A stretch of DNA of 48,472 nucleotides from Desulfobacca acetoxidans (GCA_020722205.1 DYLF01000007.1:1-48472), one strand, 5' to 3'. Shown: positions 1 to 11,756, counted from the stretch's first letter. Notes: generated from the sequence alone by a model not told the origin. Translations and numbers: made by a program.

Positions 1-1
1 C

Positions 2-1357
2 AGGCGTCCCAGCGTGATGAAGAACATCCTAGTCCGCCACCGGGCCGCCCAGGTCGCCCGCCAGTTCCTGAATGAGCATGGCTTCATCGAAGTGGAAACC
101 CCCATTCTCACCCGCAGCACCCCGGAGGGGGCCCGGGACTATCTTGTAGCCAGCCGATTGCAAGCCGGTCACTTCTATGCCCTGCCCCAGTCGCCCCAGC
201 TCTTCAAACAACTGCTCATGATGGCGGGGCTGGGACGTTATTACCAGTTGTGCCGCTGTTTCCGGGATGAAGACCTGCGGGCCGACCGGCAGCCGGAATT
301 CACCCAGATCGACTTGGAGATGTCCTTTGTCACCGAAGAGGATATCTTCCGGGTGGTGGAGGGCCTGATCTGCTCTTTGTTCAGCCAGGTACGGGGAATT
401 GACTTGAACAGGCCCTTCCCCCGCCTCACCTACGAGGAGTGCTTGGCTCGTTTCGGTCTTGACCGTCCGGAAATCCGCTTCGGCATGGAACTCACCGACC
501 TCACCGATCTGATACCTGCAACGGAATTTCGTCAATTCCGGGAGGTAGTGGATCAGGGGGGCATGGTCAAGGGCCTGTGCGCCTCGGGACTGAACCGTTT
601 ATCCAGAAAGGAGTTGGACGACCTCATCGACCTGGCCGGGGTCTATGGGGCTCGGGGCTTGGCTTGGGTCAAGGTTCAGCTCCAGGGCTGGCAATCGCCT
701 CTGGCCAAATATTTTCCCGAGGGAGTGCAAACAACCATTAATAACCGGTTTCAGGCCCAAGAGGGTGATCTGCTTCTCTTTGTGGCCGATGCTCCAGAGG
801 TGGCCAACACGGCCTTGGGTCAGTTGCGCCTTCATCTGGCACAGAAAGAGGGGCTGATCCCTGCCGACACCTACAGTTTGGTGTGGGTCACCGATTTTCC
901 CCTGCTGGAGTACGATCTGGAGGCTGGACGATACACGGCTATGCACCACCCCTTCACCGCACCCAAAGAAGAAGATCTTCCTCTGCTGGCCAGCCAGCCG
1001 GATAAAGTACGGGCCCGGGCCTACGATCTGGTGTTGAACGGCACCGAAATCGGCGGCGGCAGCATCCGCAACCATCGCCGCGACATCCAGGAAAAAGTTT
1101 TTCAGGTTCTGAGCATCTCGCCCCGCCAAGCCGAAGAAAAATTCGGCTTCCTGCTGGAGGCATTGGAATACGGCGCTCCCCCCCACGGGGGGGTGGCTTT
1201 CGGCTTTGATCGGCTGGTGGCTATCTTGTGCGGGGTCCGCTCCATTAGGGAGGTCATCGCCTTTCCCAAGACCCAGAAAGGGGTCTGCCCACTGACCCGG
1301 GCCCCCGCCCGGGTTGAACCGGAACAACTCCTGGAGTTGTCCCTGAGGTTGGAATAA
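2..1357 (+). CDS. aspS: Aspartyl-tRNA synthetase, 5'-truncated by the window edge
   Basis: Frame open from base 2 (RRP of the YLDLRRP motif); TPEGARDYLV, LPQSPQLFKQLLM, FRDEDLRADRQPEFTQID, GAPPHGGVAFGFDRL motifs. Confidence 0.98.
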   Translation, partial: RRPSVMKNILVRHRAAQVARQFLNEHGFIEVETPILTRSTPEGARDYLVASRLQAGHFYALPQSPQLFKQLLMMAGLGRYYQLCRCFRDEDLRADRQPEFTQIDLEMSFVTEEDIFRVVEGLICSLFSQVRGIDLNRPFPRLTYEECLARFGLDRPEIRFGMELTDLTDLIPATEFRQFREVVDQGGMVKGLCASGLNRLSRKELDDLIDLAGVYGARGLAWVKVQLQGWQSPLAKYFPEGVQTTINNRFQAQEGDLLLFVADAPEVANTALGQLRLHLAQKEGLIPADTYSLVWVTDFPLLEYDLEAGRYTAMHHPFTAPKEEDLPLLASQPDKVRARAYDLVLNGTEIGGGSIRNHRRDIQEKVFQVLSISPRQAEEKFGFLLEALEYGAPPHGGVAFGFDRLVAILCGVRSIREVIAFPKTQKGVCPLTRAPARVEPEQLLELSLRLE

Positions 1358-1360
1358 TCA

Positions 1361-1382
1361 AACCAGTGAGAGGTTACTGGTT
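1361..1382 (+). terminator. Stem-loop just after the aspS stop, possible terminator
   Basis: AACCAGTGA-gagg-TTACTGGTT, 9-bp stem with one G-U pair; weak U tract. Confidence 0.4.
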
Positions 1383-1478
1383 ATAAACAATGATCTTTAG
1401 GAGATTCCCCTTGCCCAGTTCTTTTCAAAGAAGAGACTACAGAAACAGAATACGGGAAAATTGAACATATGGTGCTTT

Positions 1479-3308
1479 ATGTCACGGTGGAATCCTGAAC
1501 GGCGGTTATTGGATCATCAGCACACCCCCTTCTGGCGGTATAAGCTGGTGGAAGTAGATCAACCCAATCTGATGCGGGAAATCTTCCCTTACTCGGAGGT
1601 GGCCTGCATCGACTTTGATTACAAATTTGTCATGCCCCAACCTCCGGAGCAGATGCTGATCACCGACACCACATTCCGGGATGGCCAGCAGGCCCGGCCA
1701 CCCTATACGGTTCAGCAGATCGTGGATATTTTTGATATGCTGCACCGGCTTTCCGGCCCCCAAGGGGTTATCCGGCAAAGTGAATTCTTCCTCTACAGCG
1801 CTAAAGACAAGGAAGCGGTTCAGCGCTGCCGGGAGCGGGGATACCAATATCCAGAGATTACCGGCTGGATCAGGGCTAAGGCCGAAGATCTTAACCTGGT
1901 GAAGGAGATGGGTCTGCCAGAGACCGGAATCCTGACCTCCGTCTCTGATTATCATATCTTCCTGAAACTGGAATGGAATCGGCGCCGGGCGTTTGAAAAT
2001 TACCTCGCCATTGTTAAGGCTGCCTTGGATCTCGGAATAGTACCCCGCTGCCACTTTGAAGATATCACTCGCGCCGATATTTATGGCTTCTGCATCCCCT
2101 TTGCCATCGAACTCATGAAACTCCGGGAGGAAAGTGGCATCGACGTCAAAATCCGTCTGTGCGACACCATGGGCTACGGCGTGCCCTATCCCGGCGCCGC
2201 CCTGCCTCGCAGTGTCCCCCGGTTGGTGCGGGCCATGATCGAAGAAGCCGGGGTGCCTGGCCACCTCCTGGAGTGGCATGGACACAATGACTTCCACAAA
2301 GTCCTCGTCAACGGCGTAACCGCCTGGCTTTACGGGTGCAGCGCCGTAAATGGCACCCTGCTGGGCTTTGGGGAGCGTACCGGCAATTCGCCCATCGAAG
2401 GGCTCATCATAGAGTACATCTCCCTCCGGGGCCAAACCAACGGCATCGACACTACGGTGATTACCGATATCGCCGAATACTTTGAAAAAGAGTTGCATTA
2501 CCACATACCTCCCAATTATCCCTTTGTAGGGCAAAACTTCAACGCCACCAGCGCCGGCATCCATGCCGATGGGCTCTTGAAAAATGAAGAAATTTACAAC
2601 CCCTTTGACACCAGCCGCATCTTGAAGCGGCCGCCCACCATCTCCATTACCGACAAATCCGGCAAATCCGGCATCGTCCATTGGCTCAATACTCGCCTCA
2701 ACCTTACCGGCGGCAAAATGGTGGACAAAGATCATCCCGGGGTGGGAAAAATCAACAAGAGAATTAAGGAGATGTACGATGCCGGACGCTGCACCGCTAT
2801 CTCCCACGAAGAAATGGAGAGTCTGGCGCGTAAATATCTCCCGGAACTCTTCGTTTCTGAGTTCGACCGCCTGAAAGAGAAGGCCCACAAGCTGGCGGCC
2901 CACTTGGCCGAAGACCTGGCCGCCCGGGAGGAAATCCGCTCCATGGAGCCAGCCTCGCAAGAACCGGTCTTACAGCGGGTGTTGGACCTCAATCCTTTCA
3001 TCCAATTCATGTATGTGGTCAACTTGGAAGGCCGGAAAATCACTCGCAATATCACCCATGTGGTAGACCGTGCCAAATATGAAACCATGAACCCGAACGA
3101 AGACCTCTCTAATCGTCAGTGGTTTATCGAACCCGTCAAGACCGGCAAGGTGTACGTGTCCGACTTTTACACTTCCCGCTTCACCGGCGCCTTGTGCATT
3201 ACCGTGAGTGTGCCGGTGCGGGACGAGGCTGATGATATTCAGGGAGTCTTGGGCATGGACATCCGCTTCGAGGCTTTGGCCAAAATGGAGGCAGACGGAG
3301 AAATTTAA
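1479..3308 (+). CDS. Re-citrate synthase-like DRE-TIM metallolyase (LeuA/HMGL-like) with a C-terminal Cache/PDC-type domain
   Basis: ITDTTFRDGQQ, HFEDITRAD, CDTMG, EWHGHNDF, GFGERTGN, AGIHADG motifs; C-terminal DLSNRQWF...Y.S..TG..CITVSVPV...GVLGMDI. ATG 1479 preferred over TTG 1461. Confidence 0.85.
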   Translation: MSRWNPERRLLDHQHTPFWRYKLVEVDQPNLMREIFPYSEVACIDFDYKFVMPQPPEQMLITDTTFRDGQQARPPYTVQQIVDIFDMLHRLSGPQGVIRQSEFFLYSAKDKEAVQRCRERGYQYPEITGWIRAKAEDLNLVKEMGLPETGILTSVSDYHIFLKLEWNRRRAFENYLAIVKAALDLGIVPRCHFEDITRADIYGFCIPFAIELMKLREESGIDVKIRLCDTMGYGVPYPGAALPRSVPRLVRAMIEEAGVPGHLLEWHGHNDFHKVLVNGVTAWLYGCSAVNGTLLGFGERTGNSPIEGLIIEYISLRGQTNGIDTTVITDIAEYFEKELHYHIPPNYPFVGQNFNATSAGIHADGLLKNEEIYNPFDTSRILKRPPTISITDKSGKSGIVHWLNTRLNLTGGKMVDKDHPGVGKINKRIKEMYDAGRCTAISHEEMESLARKYLPELFVSEFDRLKEKAHKLAAHLAEDLAAREEIRSMEPASQEPVLQRVLDLNPFIQFMYVVNLEGRKITRNITHVVDRAKYETMNPNEDLSNRQWFIEPVKTGKVYVSDFYTSRFTGALCITVSVPVRDEADDIQGVLGMDIRFEALAKMEADGEI

Positions 3309-3386
3309 CTGACCTGCATTGGCAGGTCCTGGAGGGATTGGCAGTCCTCTCCTTGGTAACTCACATCTCACAAGTGAGGCAAACTT

Positions 3387-5057
3387 ATGGACGATTGGGA
3401 AAAATTAAAAGAGTTAAAGGTCAAATATGACGCTCAGGTAGAAAAAGTGCTGAAAAAATTCCCGGAGCGCCGACCTGAGTTTGTCAACACCTCCGGCATC
3501 CCCATCCACCGGGTGTACACGCCTCTTCAAATGCAGGACTTTGACTACGCCGAAAAGCTGGGTATGCCAGGGCAGTATCCCTTCACCCGAGCGGTGCAGC
3601 CGACAGCCTACCGCGGCCGCTTCTGGACCATGCGCCAATATGCCGGCTTCGGCACCGCGGAGGAAACCAACAAGCGTTATCACTTCCTTTTGAAGTCCGG
3701 ACAGACCGGGCTATCGGTAGCCTTTGATCTGCCCACCCAGATCGGCTACGATTCCGACCACGAACTGGCCCGCGGGGAAGTGGGTAAAGTGGGCGTAGCC
3801 ATTGACTCCCTTTGGGATATGGAACGTCTCTTCGCCGGCATCCCGTTGGACCAGGTAAGCACCTCCATGACCATCAACTCCCCCTGCGCCGTTATTTTGG
3901 CCATGTACCTGGCAGTCGCCGAAAAGCAAGGCGTTCCCTTCAGCCAACTCCGGGGTACGGTGCAGAATGACATCCTAAAAGAATATCCGGCCCGAGGAAC
4001 TTACATCTTCGGACCCCGGCGATCCATGCGCCTCATTACCGACATCTTCGCCTACTGCACCAAAGAGGTGCCTCAGTGGAACACCATCAGCATCAGCGGC
4101 TACCACATCCGGGAGGCCGGCTCCACCGCAGTGCAGGAGGTGGCCTTCACCTTGGCCAATGGCATCGCTTACGTGGAGGCAGCCATCCAGGCGGGCCTGA
4201 AAGTGGACGAGTTCGCTCCCCGATTATCCTTCTTTTTTAATTCTCATAACGACTTTTTGGAGGAGGTGGCCAAATTTCGAGCCGCCCGCCGGCTGTGGGC
4301 CAAGATCATGAAAGAGCGCTTCGGGGCCCAGGACCCCCGCTCTCAGATGCTGCGCTTCCACACCCAAACGGCCGGCTGCACCCTGACCGCCCAGCAGCCC
4401 CTGAACAACATCATGCGGGTAGCCTTTCAGGCCATGGCCGCGGTTCTCGGCGGCACCCAGTCCCTGCATACCAACTCCTTCGACGAAGCCTTGGCTCTGC
4501 CCTCAGAGCAGGCCGTGCAAGTGGCTCTGCGCACCCAACAGGTCATTGCCTATGAAACCGCCGTCTGTGACACAGTTGACCCCTTGGCCGGCTCCTACTA
4601 TATCGAATACCTGACAGACCAGATAGAGGCCAGAGCCCAAGATTACATCGACCAGATCGACCGCCTGGGCGGTGCAGTGGCAGCCATCGAAAAAGGCTTC
4701 ATCCAAAAGGAAATCCAGGACAGCGCCTACCGCTACCAGAGGGAAATCGAAAAAGGCGACCGGATCATCGTGGGACTGAACAAATTCCAGGTGAAGGAGG
4801 AGGCCAAGCCCGCAGACTTGTTGAAAGTGGACCCGGCGGTGGGCGACCGGCAAGTGGCCAGACTAAAGGAACTCAAGGCTACCCGCGATAACTCTGCGGT
4901 GCAAACCGCCCTGGCGGAACTGAAAAGCGCTGCCGAAGGCGATCTCAACCTGATGCCGCCCATCCTCAAAGCGGTCAAATCCTTGGCCACTCTGGGGGAA
5001 ATCTGCGACACCCTGCGTGCCGTCTGGGGTGAATACGAAGCCACGGCATTTGTCTAA
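3387..5057 (+). CDS. mcmA: Methylmalonyl-CoA mutase family, large (substrate-binding) subunit
   Basis: [65 protein letters not shown]. Tyr in RQYAGF and Arg in ARGTY are the MCM-type specificity residues. Confidence 0.92.
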   Translation: MDDWEKLKELKVKYDAQVEKVLKKFPERRPEFVNTSGIPIHRVYTPLQMQDFDYAEKLGMPGQYPFTRAVQPTAYRGRFWTMRQYAGFGTAEETNKRYHFLLKSGQTGLSVAFDLPTQIGYDSDHELARGEVGKVGVAIDSLWDMERLFAGIPLDQVSTSMTINSPCAVILAMYLAVAEKQGVPFSQLRGTVQNDILKEYPARGTYIFGPRRSMRLITDIFAYCTKEVPQWNTISISGYHIREAGSTAVQEVAFTLANGIAYVEAAIQAGLKVDEFAPRLSFFFNSHNDFLEEVAKFRAARRLWAKIMKERFGAQDPRSQMLRFHTQTAGCTLTAQQPLNNIMRVAFQAMAAVLGGTQSLHTNSFDEALALPSEQAVQVALRTQQVIAYETAVCDTVDPLAGSYYIEYLTDQIEARAQDYIDQIDRLGGAVAAIEKGFIQKEIQDSAYRYQREIEKGDRIIVGLNKFQVKEEAKPADLLKVDPAVGDRQVARLKELKATRDNSAVQTALAELKSAAEGDLNLMPPILKAVKSLATLGEICDTLRAVWGEYEATAFV

Positions 5058-5115
5058 AGCCGTGAGCCGAAAATCTCATTGCTCAGTCAGCGGCTCCCGG
5101 CTGATAATAAGAGAG

Positions 5116-5136
5116 GCAGGGTGCGCCCGGCGCACC
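5116..5136. repeat. REP-like GC-rich palindrome
   Basis: GCAG followed by the perfect inverted repeat GGTGCGCC-c-GGCGCACC, intergenic. Confidence 0.45.
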
Positions 5137-5192
5137 ATTTCTGCCATGCAAGGAAAAGCTGAATCCTTGGTTTAGCAGTGAGGAGAGGTAAA

Positions 5193-5597
5193 ATGACCGA
5201 AGCCAAAAAAATTCGCGTGCTGGCCGCCAAACCGGGACTGGACGGTCATGACCGGGGTATCAAGGTGATTTGCGCCGCCCTCCGGGACGCCGGCATGGAA
5301 GTGGTCTATACCGGCTTGCGGCAGACCCCCGAGCAGATCGTGGCGGCTGCCGTGCAGGAGGACGTGGACGTCATCGCTATGAGTTGTCTGTCCGGGGCTC
5401 ACAGCTACCTTTTCCCCCGGGTCATGGAAATTCTCAAGGACAAGCAAATCGCCGATATCCTGGTGCTGGGCGGCGGCATCATACCCGATGAGGATCTCCC
5501 GGCCCTGAAGGCCAACGGCATCGCCGAAATTTTCCGACCCGGCACCGATACCAACGATATCGTCAAATTCATTCAAGACCACGTGCGAAGAAACTGA
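5193..5597 (+). CDS. mcmB: Methylmalonyl-CoA mutase small (cobalamin-binding) subunit
   Basis: [10 protein letters not shown] (DxHxxG), SCLSGAH, GGGIIP; RBS GGAGAGGT before ATG 5193. Confidence 0.93.
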   Translation: MTEAKKIRVLAAKPGLDGHDRGIKVICAALRDAGMEVVYTGLRQTPEQIVAAAVQEDVDVIAMSCLSGAHSYLFPRVMEILKDKQIADILVLGGGIIPDEDLPALKANGIAEIFRPGTDTNDIVKFIQDHVRRN

Positions 5598-5708
5598 CAC
5601 TCATGAAAGGCAAGAGGCTCGGGACAATTGGCAAAATCGGCAAATTCCTTTGTAACCCACGCCCCTCCCCTCTTGCCGCTTATTATTTGCACATCGCCAC
5701 TAACCAAA

Positions 5709-5729
5709 AGCCTATAGCCTACAGCCTAT
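5709..5729. repeat. Heptamer tandem repeat x3
   Basis: AGCCTAT AGCCTAC AGCCTAT, 15 nt upstream of the ATG at 5745. Confidence 0.6.
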
Positions 5730-5744
5730 ACAGAAGGGTTCTAT

Positions 5745-6197
5745 ATGGAGGCCAGTATCCTGAGCCTCCTGGTCGACTTGGTGGTGCTCTGCCACTTGAC
5801 CTTTGTGGTGTTTGTCGTTCTGGGCGGCCTTCTTCTGCTGCGTTGGCCCCGCTTGGCTTGGCTGCACTTGCCGGCGGCGGGCTGGGGAGCCTGGGTGGAA
5901 ATCTCTGGTAGTGTCTGCCCCCTCACCCTTCTGGAAATCTGGCTGCGCCAGCTGACCGGCGCCAGCACCTACCAGAGCGACTTTACACATCGCTATCTCC
6001 TCCCCCTCCTCTATCCCGTCGGCCTCACCCGGCAACATCAAATCATCCTGGGACTGTTGGCGCTGGCCCTGAATCTGGGGATCTACACCTACCTGGGGCG
6101 CCGTCTTATAAAAAGGCTCCTTTTTCAACGCCTAGCGCCTCGTGTCCCCATATGTGGCCAACGCCTACCTGCCCACCCTGGCAAACGACTGGTTTAA
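5745..6197 (+). CDS. DUF2784 family membrane protein
   Basis: D.VV..H..FVVFVVLGG, WLHLPAA.WG, CPLT.LE.WLR, F..RYLLPLLYP.GLTR. Confidence 0.85.
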   Translation: MEASILSLLVDLVVLCHLTFVVFVVLGGLLLLRWPRLAWLHLPAAGWGAWVEISGSVCPLTLLEIWLRQLTGASTYQSDFTHRYLLPLLYPVGLTRQHQIILGLLALALNLGIYTYLGRRLIKRLLFQRLAPRVPICGQRLPAHPGKRLV

Positions 6198-6203
6198 TGC
6201 TCC

Positions 6204-6995
6204 ATGACCGACATTTTCGCCTCCCTCAGATCTGCCATTCAGACCGCCCGGCGGGGACGGCCGCTGCTCCTTTTATTGGACTATGACGGCACCCTGGTGG
6301 AGATCGCTCCCCGCCCCGAGTTGGCCATACCTTCTCCGGAACTGCTGGCACTGTTGGCCCGCCTGGCGGCTCAGCCTTATCTCAAAGTGATGGTTGTCTC
6401 CGGGCGCCCCCTGGAGGACCTACAACAACTCCTCCCGCTTCCGGGCCTGGATTTCCTGGCCTCCCACGGCGGTGAAGCCTTCATTTCCGGACGGCTTCAC
6501 CCCTTGCCAGTAGCTGCCGCCTACCAGCAGGAACTTACCCGTTGGCGCCAACAGCTGCAGGAAAATCTGCTCCCCTTTCAGGGATGGTGGTTGGAAGACA
6601 AGCCTCTGGGGTTCGCCCTGCATTATCGACAGCTCCCCCCTGAGCAGAAATATGAATTCCTCAACGTACTGGCCAAATGGCAGGAACAGCCTCGACAGGC
6701 GGCAGGCCTTCAGCTACTGCCCGGGAAGAAGGTACTGGAAATACTGCCCCGGGGGGTCAGCAAAGGGGCGGCCATCCAGGAAATATTGCTCTTGCCTGGT
6801 TTTATTGAGTTATTTCCGATATACTTAGGTGATGATTTTACTGACGAAAGCGCCTTCCAGATCCTGGCCCATCGGGGGCTGACCATCAAAGTCGGCCCCC
6901 CCACTGACCAGACGGCGGCTTCCTACTTTCTTCCTGATCCCAATGCAGTCAGACATTTTTTGACCGGGCTGACCTTCCCCCTGGAGGAACTCTAA
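6204..6995 (+). CDS. otsB: Trehalose-6-phosphate phosphatase (HAD IIB)
   Basis: LLDYDGTL, VSGR, ALHYR, GKKVLEI.P..VSKG.A, YLGDDFTDE.AF. Confidence 0.95.
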   Translation: MTDIFASLRSAIQTARRGRPLLLLLDYDGTLVEIAPRPELAIPSPELLALLARLAAQPYLKVMVVSGRPLEDLQQLLPLPGLDFLASHGGEAFISGRLHPLPVAAAYQQELTRWRQQLQENLLPFQGWWLEDKPLGFALHYRQLPPEQKYEFLNVLAKWQEQPRQAAGLQLLPGKKVLEILPRGVSKGAAIQEILLLPGFIELFPIYLGDDFTDESAFQILAHRGLTIKVGPPTDQTAASYFLPDPNAVRHFLTGLTFPLEEL

Positions 6996-7687
6996 TGACT
7001 GAGATCCTGAACCAGATGGCAGCAAACCCCTTCTGGTTCCACGAGTGCTTCCTAATGTCCATGCCCTTGGGCAAGAAGGTGGTGAACCTGCGGGAACTGC
7101 TGGATAACCTGCGGGAGGTGGACGAATCCGTGCTATTCTATCACCTCATTCAATCCCGCTTGCTTCTGGACCAGCCAGCCGCGGAATACCCCAACGACTT
7201 TGCCCTCTGGGCCGCCCACGCCCTGCAGGACACCAGACTGGCCGAAAAGCTTAGCTCCTTTGATCCCTTTGAATATCAGACCCTCGGAGAAGTGCGCCAG
7301 GCGGTGGTGGACATCTTGGAGGAATACCTCTGGGACCTGCCTTTCGTGCCCTGGGCCCGCCCAGGCTTTGAGTTTCACTTCTGCCAAGCTTCGGTGGTGG
7401 TGATGCATTCTTTGATTTCCGCCCACAACTTGAAAGAATTCTGCAGCGCCCTCACCCGGGTAGGACTTGACTCCATCTATTACCATTTCTTTGAAGCACG
7501 CTGGCGCCTGGGCGAGTTGAAAAGCGACGATTTCTCTTTCTGGATCGAAACCAACTTCGACTTGCCGACATTGGTCGAAGATATCCGCAGCATCGACGTT
7601 TATTTTTACACCCTGAAAGAAGTGCGCGCTTCCCTTGTCGGCTTGATCCATCAGCACCTGGGAGAACTCTGTGATCACCCTGAATGA
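6995..7687 (+). CDS. DUF5752-like protein with an internal two-fold repeat
   Basis: Repeated NL.E....L..V......YH....(N/D)DF..W unit; TAATG overlap with the otsB stop; overlaps the treT start. Confidence 0.8.
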   Translation: MTEILNQMAANPFWFHECFLMSMPLGKKVVNLRELLDNLREVDESVLFYHLIQSRLLLDQPAAEYPNDFALWAAHALQDTRLAEKLSSFDPFEYQTLGEVRQAVVDILEEYLWDLPFVPWARPGFEFHFCQASVVVMHSLISAHNLKEFCSALTRVGLDSIYYHFFEARWRLGELKSDDFSFWIETNFDLPTLVEDIRSIDVYFYTLKEVRASLVGLIHQHLGELCDHPE

Positions 7688-8894
7688 TTACACCCCCATC
7701 GTCGGGGAAGAAGTAGTGAGCCAGCTCTATCGTCTGGCCGAACGCCTTAAAGGCCGCCGCTTTGTCCATATCAACTCCACCGCCGTCGGCGGCGGCGTAG
7801 CGGAAATGCTTGCCCGAGCCATACCGCTCTTGAACCAGCTCGGCCTGGAGACCACCTGGGAGGTCATCATGGGTGACCCTTTTTTCTTCGAGGTTACCAA
7901 GGCCTTCCACAACGGCCTGCAAGGCTTCAGGGTGCAGCTGACCCCCAGCATGCTGGAGCATTACCGCCAAGTTAACCTGGAAAACGCCAAGCGATTTGCC
8001 TGGGAAGCGGATGTGGTGATGGTGCATGACCCCCAACCGGCTAGCTTGATTGAAGTATTGCGCCCCCAAGCCCGGCGCTGGGTCTGGCGCTGCCACGTAG
8101 ATGTCTCCCGCCCCCACCTGCCGGTGTGGCGTTTCCTGCGGAAAATCGTCAGACAATACGACGCCTCCGTCTTTTCCATGCCCCAGTTCGCCCAGAACCT
8201 CCCTCACCCCCAATACCTCATCCACCCCTCAATCGATCCTCTGAGCGAAAAAAACCGGGAGCTGACCGAGAAGGAAATCCAAACAGTCCTTTACCGCCTG
8301 GGGATTGAGAAAGACAAACCCCTGATCCTGCAAATATCTCGCTTTGACTCCTTCAAAAACCCTGTGGGAGTGATCCAGGCCTTTCGCCTGGTGCGCCGTC
8401 ATACTCCTTGCAAACTGGTGCTGGCCGGCGGTGAAGCCACCGACGATCCCGAAGGCCCTGCCATTCTGGCCCAGGTCCAGGAAGCGGCCCACGGCGACCC
8501 CGATATCCAGGTGCTGCTCCTCCCCCCGGATGCACACCACGAGGTTAACGCCCTGCAACGGGCCGCCGACCTCATCGTCCAAAAATCCACCCGTGAAGGC
8601 TTCGGCCTCACCGTCACCGAGGCCATGTGGAAGGGCAAACCGGTCATCGGCGGCGCCGTGGGCGGCATCGTCCTGCAACTCAGAGATTACCATACCGGCT
8701 TTCTGGTGCAGTCCCCTGAGGGCTGCGCCTTCCGCATCCGCTACTTGTTGCACCGCCCGCAACTGGCCCACCGCATGGGTCAGATGGCCCGGGAGTTTGT
8801 CCGCCTGCACTTTCTCATCACCCGCCATCTCCGGGACTATCTCACCCTGTTGATCTTACAGGCCAACCCCGATCGCCGTTTGGTCGAGTTCTAG
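7671..8894 (+). CDS. treT: Trehalose glycosyltransferring synthase (GT4)
   Basis: HINSTAVGGGVAEML, TKAFHNGLQG, VHDPQP, WRCHVD, PSIDPLSEKN, QISRFD.FK, EGFGLTVTEAMWKGKPVIG. Confidence 0.92.
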   Translation: MITLNDYTPIVGEEVVSQLYRLAERLKGRRFVHINSTAVGGGVAEMLARAIPLLNQLGLETTWEVIMGDPFFFEVTKAFHNGLQGFRVQLTPSMLEHYRQVNLENAKRFAWEADVVMVHDPQPASLIEVLRPQARRWVWRCHVDVSRPHLPVWRFLRKIVRQYDASVFSMPQFAQNLPHPQYLIHPSIDPLSEKNRELTEKEIQTVLYRLGIEKDKPLILQISRFDSFKNPVGVIQAFRLVRRHTPCKLVLAGGEATDDPEGPAILAQVQEAAHGDPDIQVLLLPPDAHHEVNALQRAADLIVQKSTREGFGLTVTEAMWKGKPVIGGAVGGIVLQLRDYHTGFLVQSPEGCAFRIRYLLHRPQLAHRMGQMAREFVRLHFLITRHLRDYLTLLILQANPDRRLVEF

Positions 8895-8916
8895 CCAGTT
8901 CGAAAAGGAAGTCACC

Positions 8917-10398
<1,482 letters not shown>

Positions 10399-10462
10399 TT
10401 ACCGAAACATTGGTGCAGTTGTTGGCAGGGGGAAAATTTCTAACCGGCGGGGAAAAGAAAAA

Positions 10463-10996
10463 CTAGGTGGACTCCGCAGACTGCCTCGAAAACTTGCCAA
10501 GGTACTCCTGAAGCGCCTGCCGTCGCGGCAACGAAAGCACTGGACAGGCATCACTCACCGCCTTGCCCTCGCTCACCCGGACGGCAAACACCATGCAGGT
10601 CGGATACCCGCAGGCTCGACAATTGCTGCGGGGCAAAAGCTTCAGAATCTCCAGCACCCGGGGTTTCGGGGCCACCCGACAGCTGGGCGCAATCTTTCCC
10701 CGCTTCTCCCAGGTCTCATTGATCACCTCCACCAACCACCTTATGATCTCCTCCGCCTCTTCTTCATCCCGCAGGATATTGATGGCGATCTGCCGGGCAG
10801 AAATATTAATCAGTTTGGCCCGGTACTTGAGAATTAATGACGGCGGCTCCTGACAATACAAATCCCCTCTCAGGACAGTGTTTAAATAAGGAAGCAACTC
10901 TCCAATATCTTTGTCCAGATAGGCTACCCCCCGCAGGTGCTGGGCCTGCGGGTTGGGCGGCCGGCAAAACTCCCACCGATATCCCCTGATCAACAT
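10463..10996 (-). CDS. Fe-S cluster domain protein (C-terminal 4-Cys module as in AcsC/CdhE and RnfB N-termini)
   Basis: LP.SNCRACGYPTCMVFA...CP; N-terminal DI.ELLPYLN motif typical of this deltaproteobacterial family. Confidence 0.85.
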   Translation of the reverse strand: MLIRGYRWEFCRPPNPQAQHLRGVAYLDKDIGELLPYLNTVLRGDLYCQEPPSLILKYRAKLINISARQIAINILRDEEEAEEIIRWLVEVINETWEKRGKIAPSCRVAPKPRVLEILKLLPRSNCRACGYPTCMVFAVRVSEGKAVSDACPVLSLPRRQALQEYLGKFSRQSAEST

Positions 10997-11015
10997 GCCC
11001 GACCCAATTCCTTAA

Positions 11016-11453
11016 TCAACCCCTGCCCTCTCCACTCCCTGGCGCCTTGGCCGCCGCCTTCGCCCTGAACCGCGCCGCATCGATGACAAATCTCTCATGG
11101 CTGCCCTCGGAAATCACCTCCACTTCATCCTCCGCCCGCACCCCAAAGGTCAGCTTCCGCCCCTCCACCGACAAAAGCTCCACCCTGATGGTCACTCTAA
11201 GCCCCGGCGGCGTAGCCGCTATGTGGGACAGCCTAAACCCAATCCCCACCGTCTGCTCCGCCGGCCAGTCCAGATGCGGATTCACCGCCTGAATACAGGC
11301 CCATTCAATCAGCCCCACCATATACCCTGAGGCCAACACCTCCGGCATGGCTCGAAACTCCGGCGACTCCGGCAAAAGATGGGGCACCGTCCGCTGCACC
11401 GGCACCGAGTAGGTGAAGACCAAACCCAAACCTGGCTGCAGAGACTCCTTCAT
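11016..11453 (-). CDS. Fluoroacetyl-CoA thioesterase (FlK)-like hotdog thioesterase
   Basis: MPEVLASGYMVGLIEWAC, TVG, SHIAATPPG, HERF; RBS GGAGG before ATG 11453. Confidence 0.9.
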   Translation of the reverse strand: MKESLQPGLGLVFTYSVPVQRTVPHLLPESPEFRAMPEVLASGYMVGLIEWACIQAVNPHLDWPAEQTVGIGFRLSHIAATPPGLRVTIRVELLSVEGRKLTFGVRAEDEVEVISEGSHERFVIDAARFRAKAAAKAPGSGEGRG

Positions 11454-11756
11454 AACCAAACCTCCCATAAGCTTTTTTTAATTATGAAAGAAGTTTTAAT
11501 ATCTGTAAAACTCATAATTTTAATATTATTAATAAATTAATCTTATAATAAACAAGACAAAGGCGCAGGCTGCATAGGTTTTTACCGCGCGGGCCAAGGA
11601 CATAAGCTTATTGCAAGCTGCGCCGCCGCCAGAAGGAGGATAGTCCGGAAAAAATGAAACAAATCAGGAGAGTGATAATTGACCGAAAGGACCGCCGTCC
11701 CGGCTTACCGAGAGCGGTTGTTCGATATTTCTGGATTTCGACCCCAAAAGACTTAT

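Noticed and set aside
1506-2960. 484 aa antisense ORF, and many similar shadow ORFs (e.g. 12872-13882, 22314-23300, 40880-41662)
   Set aside because: They lie opposite well-supported genes, have no motifs, and are expected from GC-rich codon bias
3387-5057. Isobutyryl-CoA or 2-hydroxyisobutyryl-CoA mutase
   Set aside because: Specificity residue is Tyr (RQYAGF), not Phe or Ile, and the carboxylate-binding Arg is present
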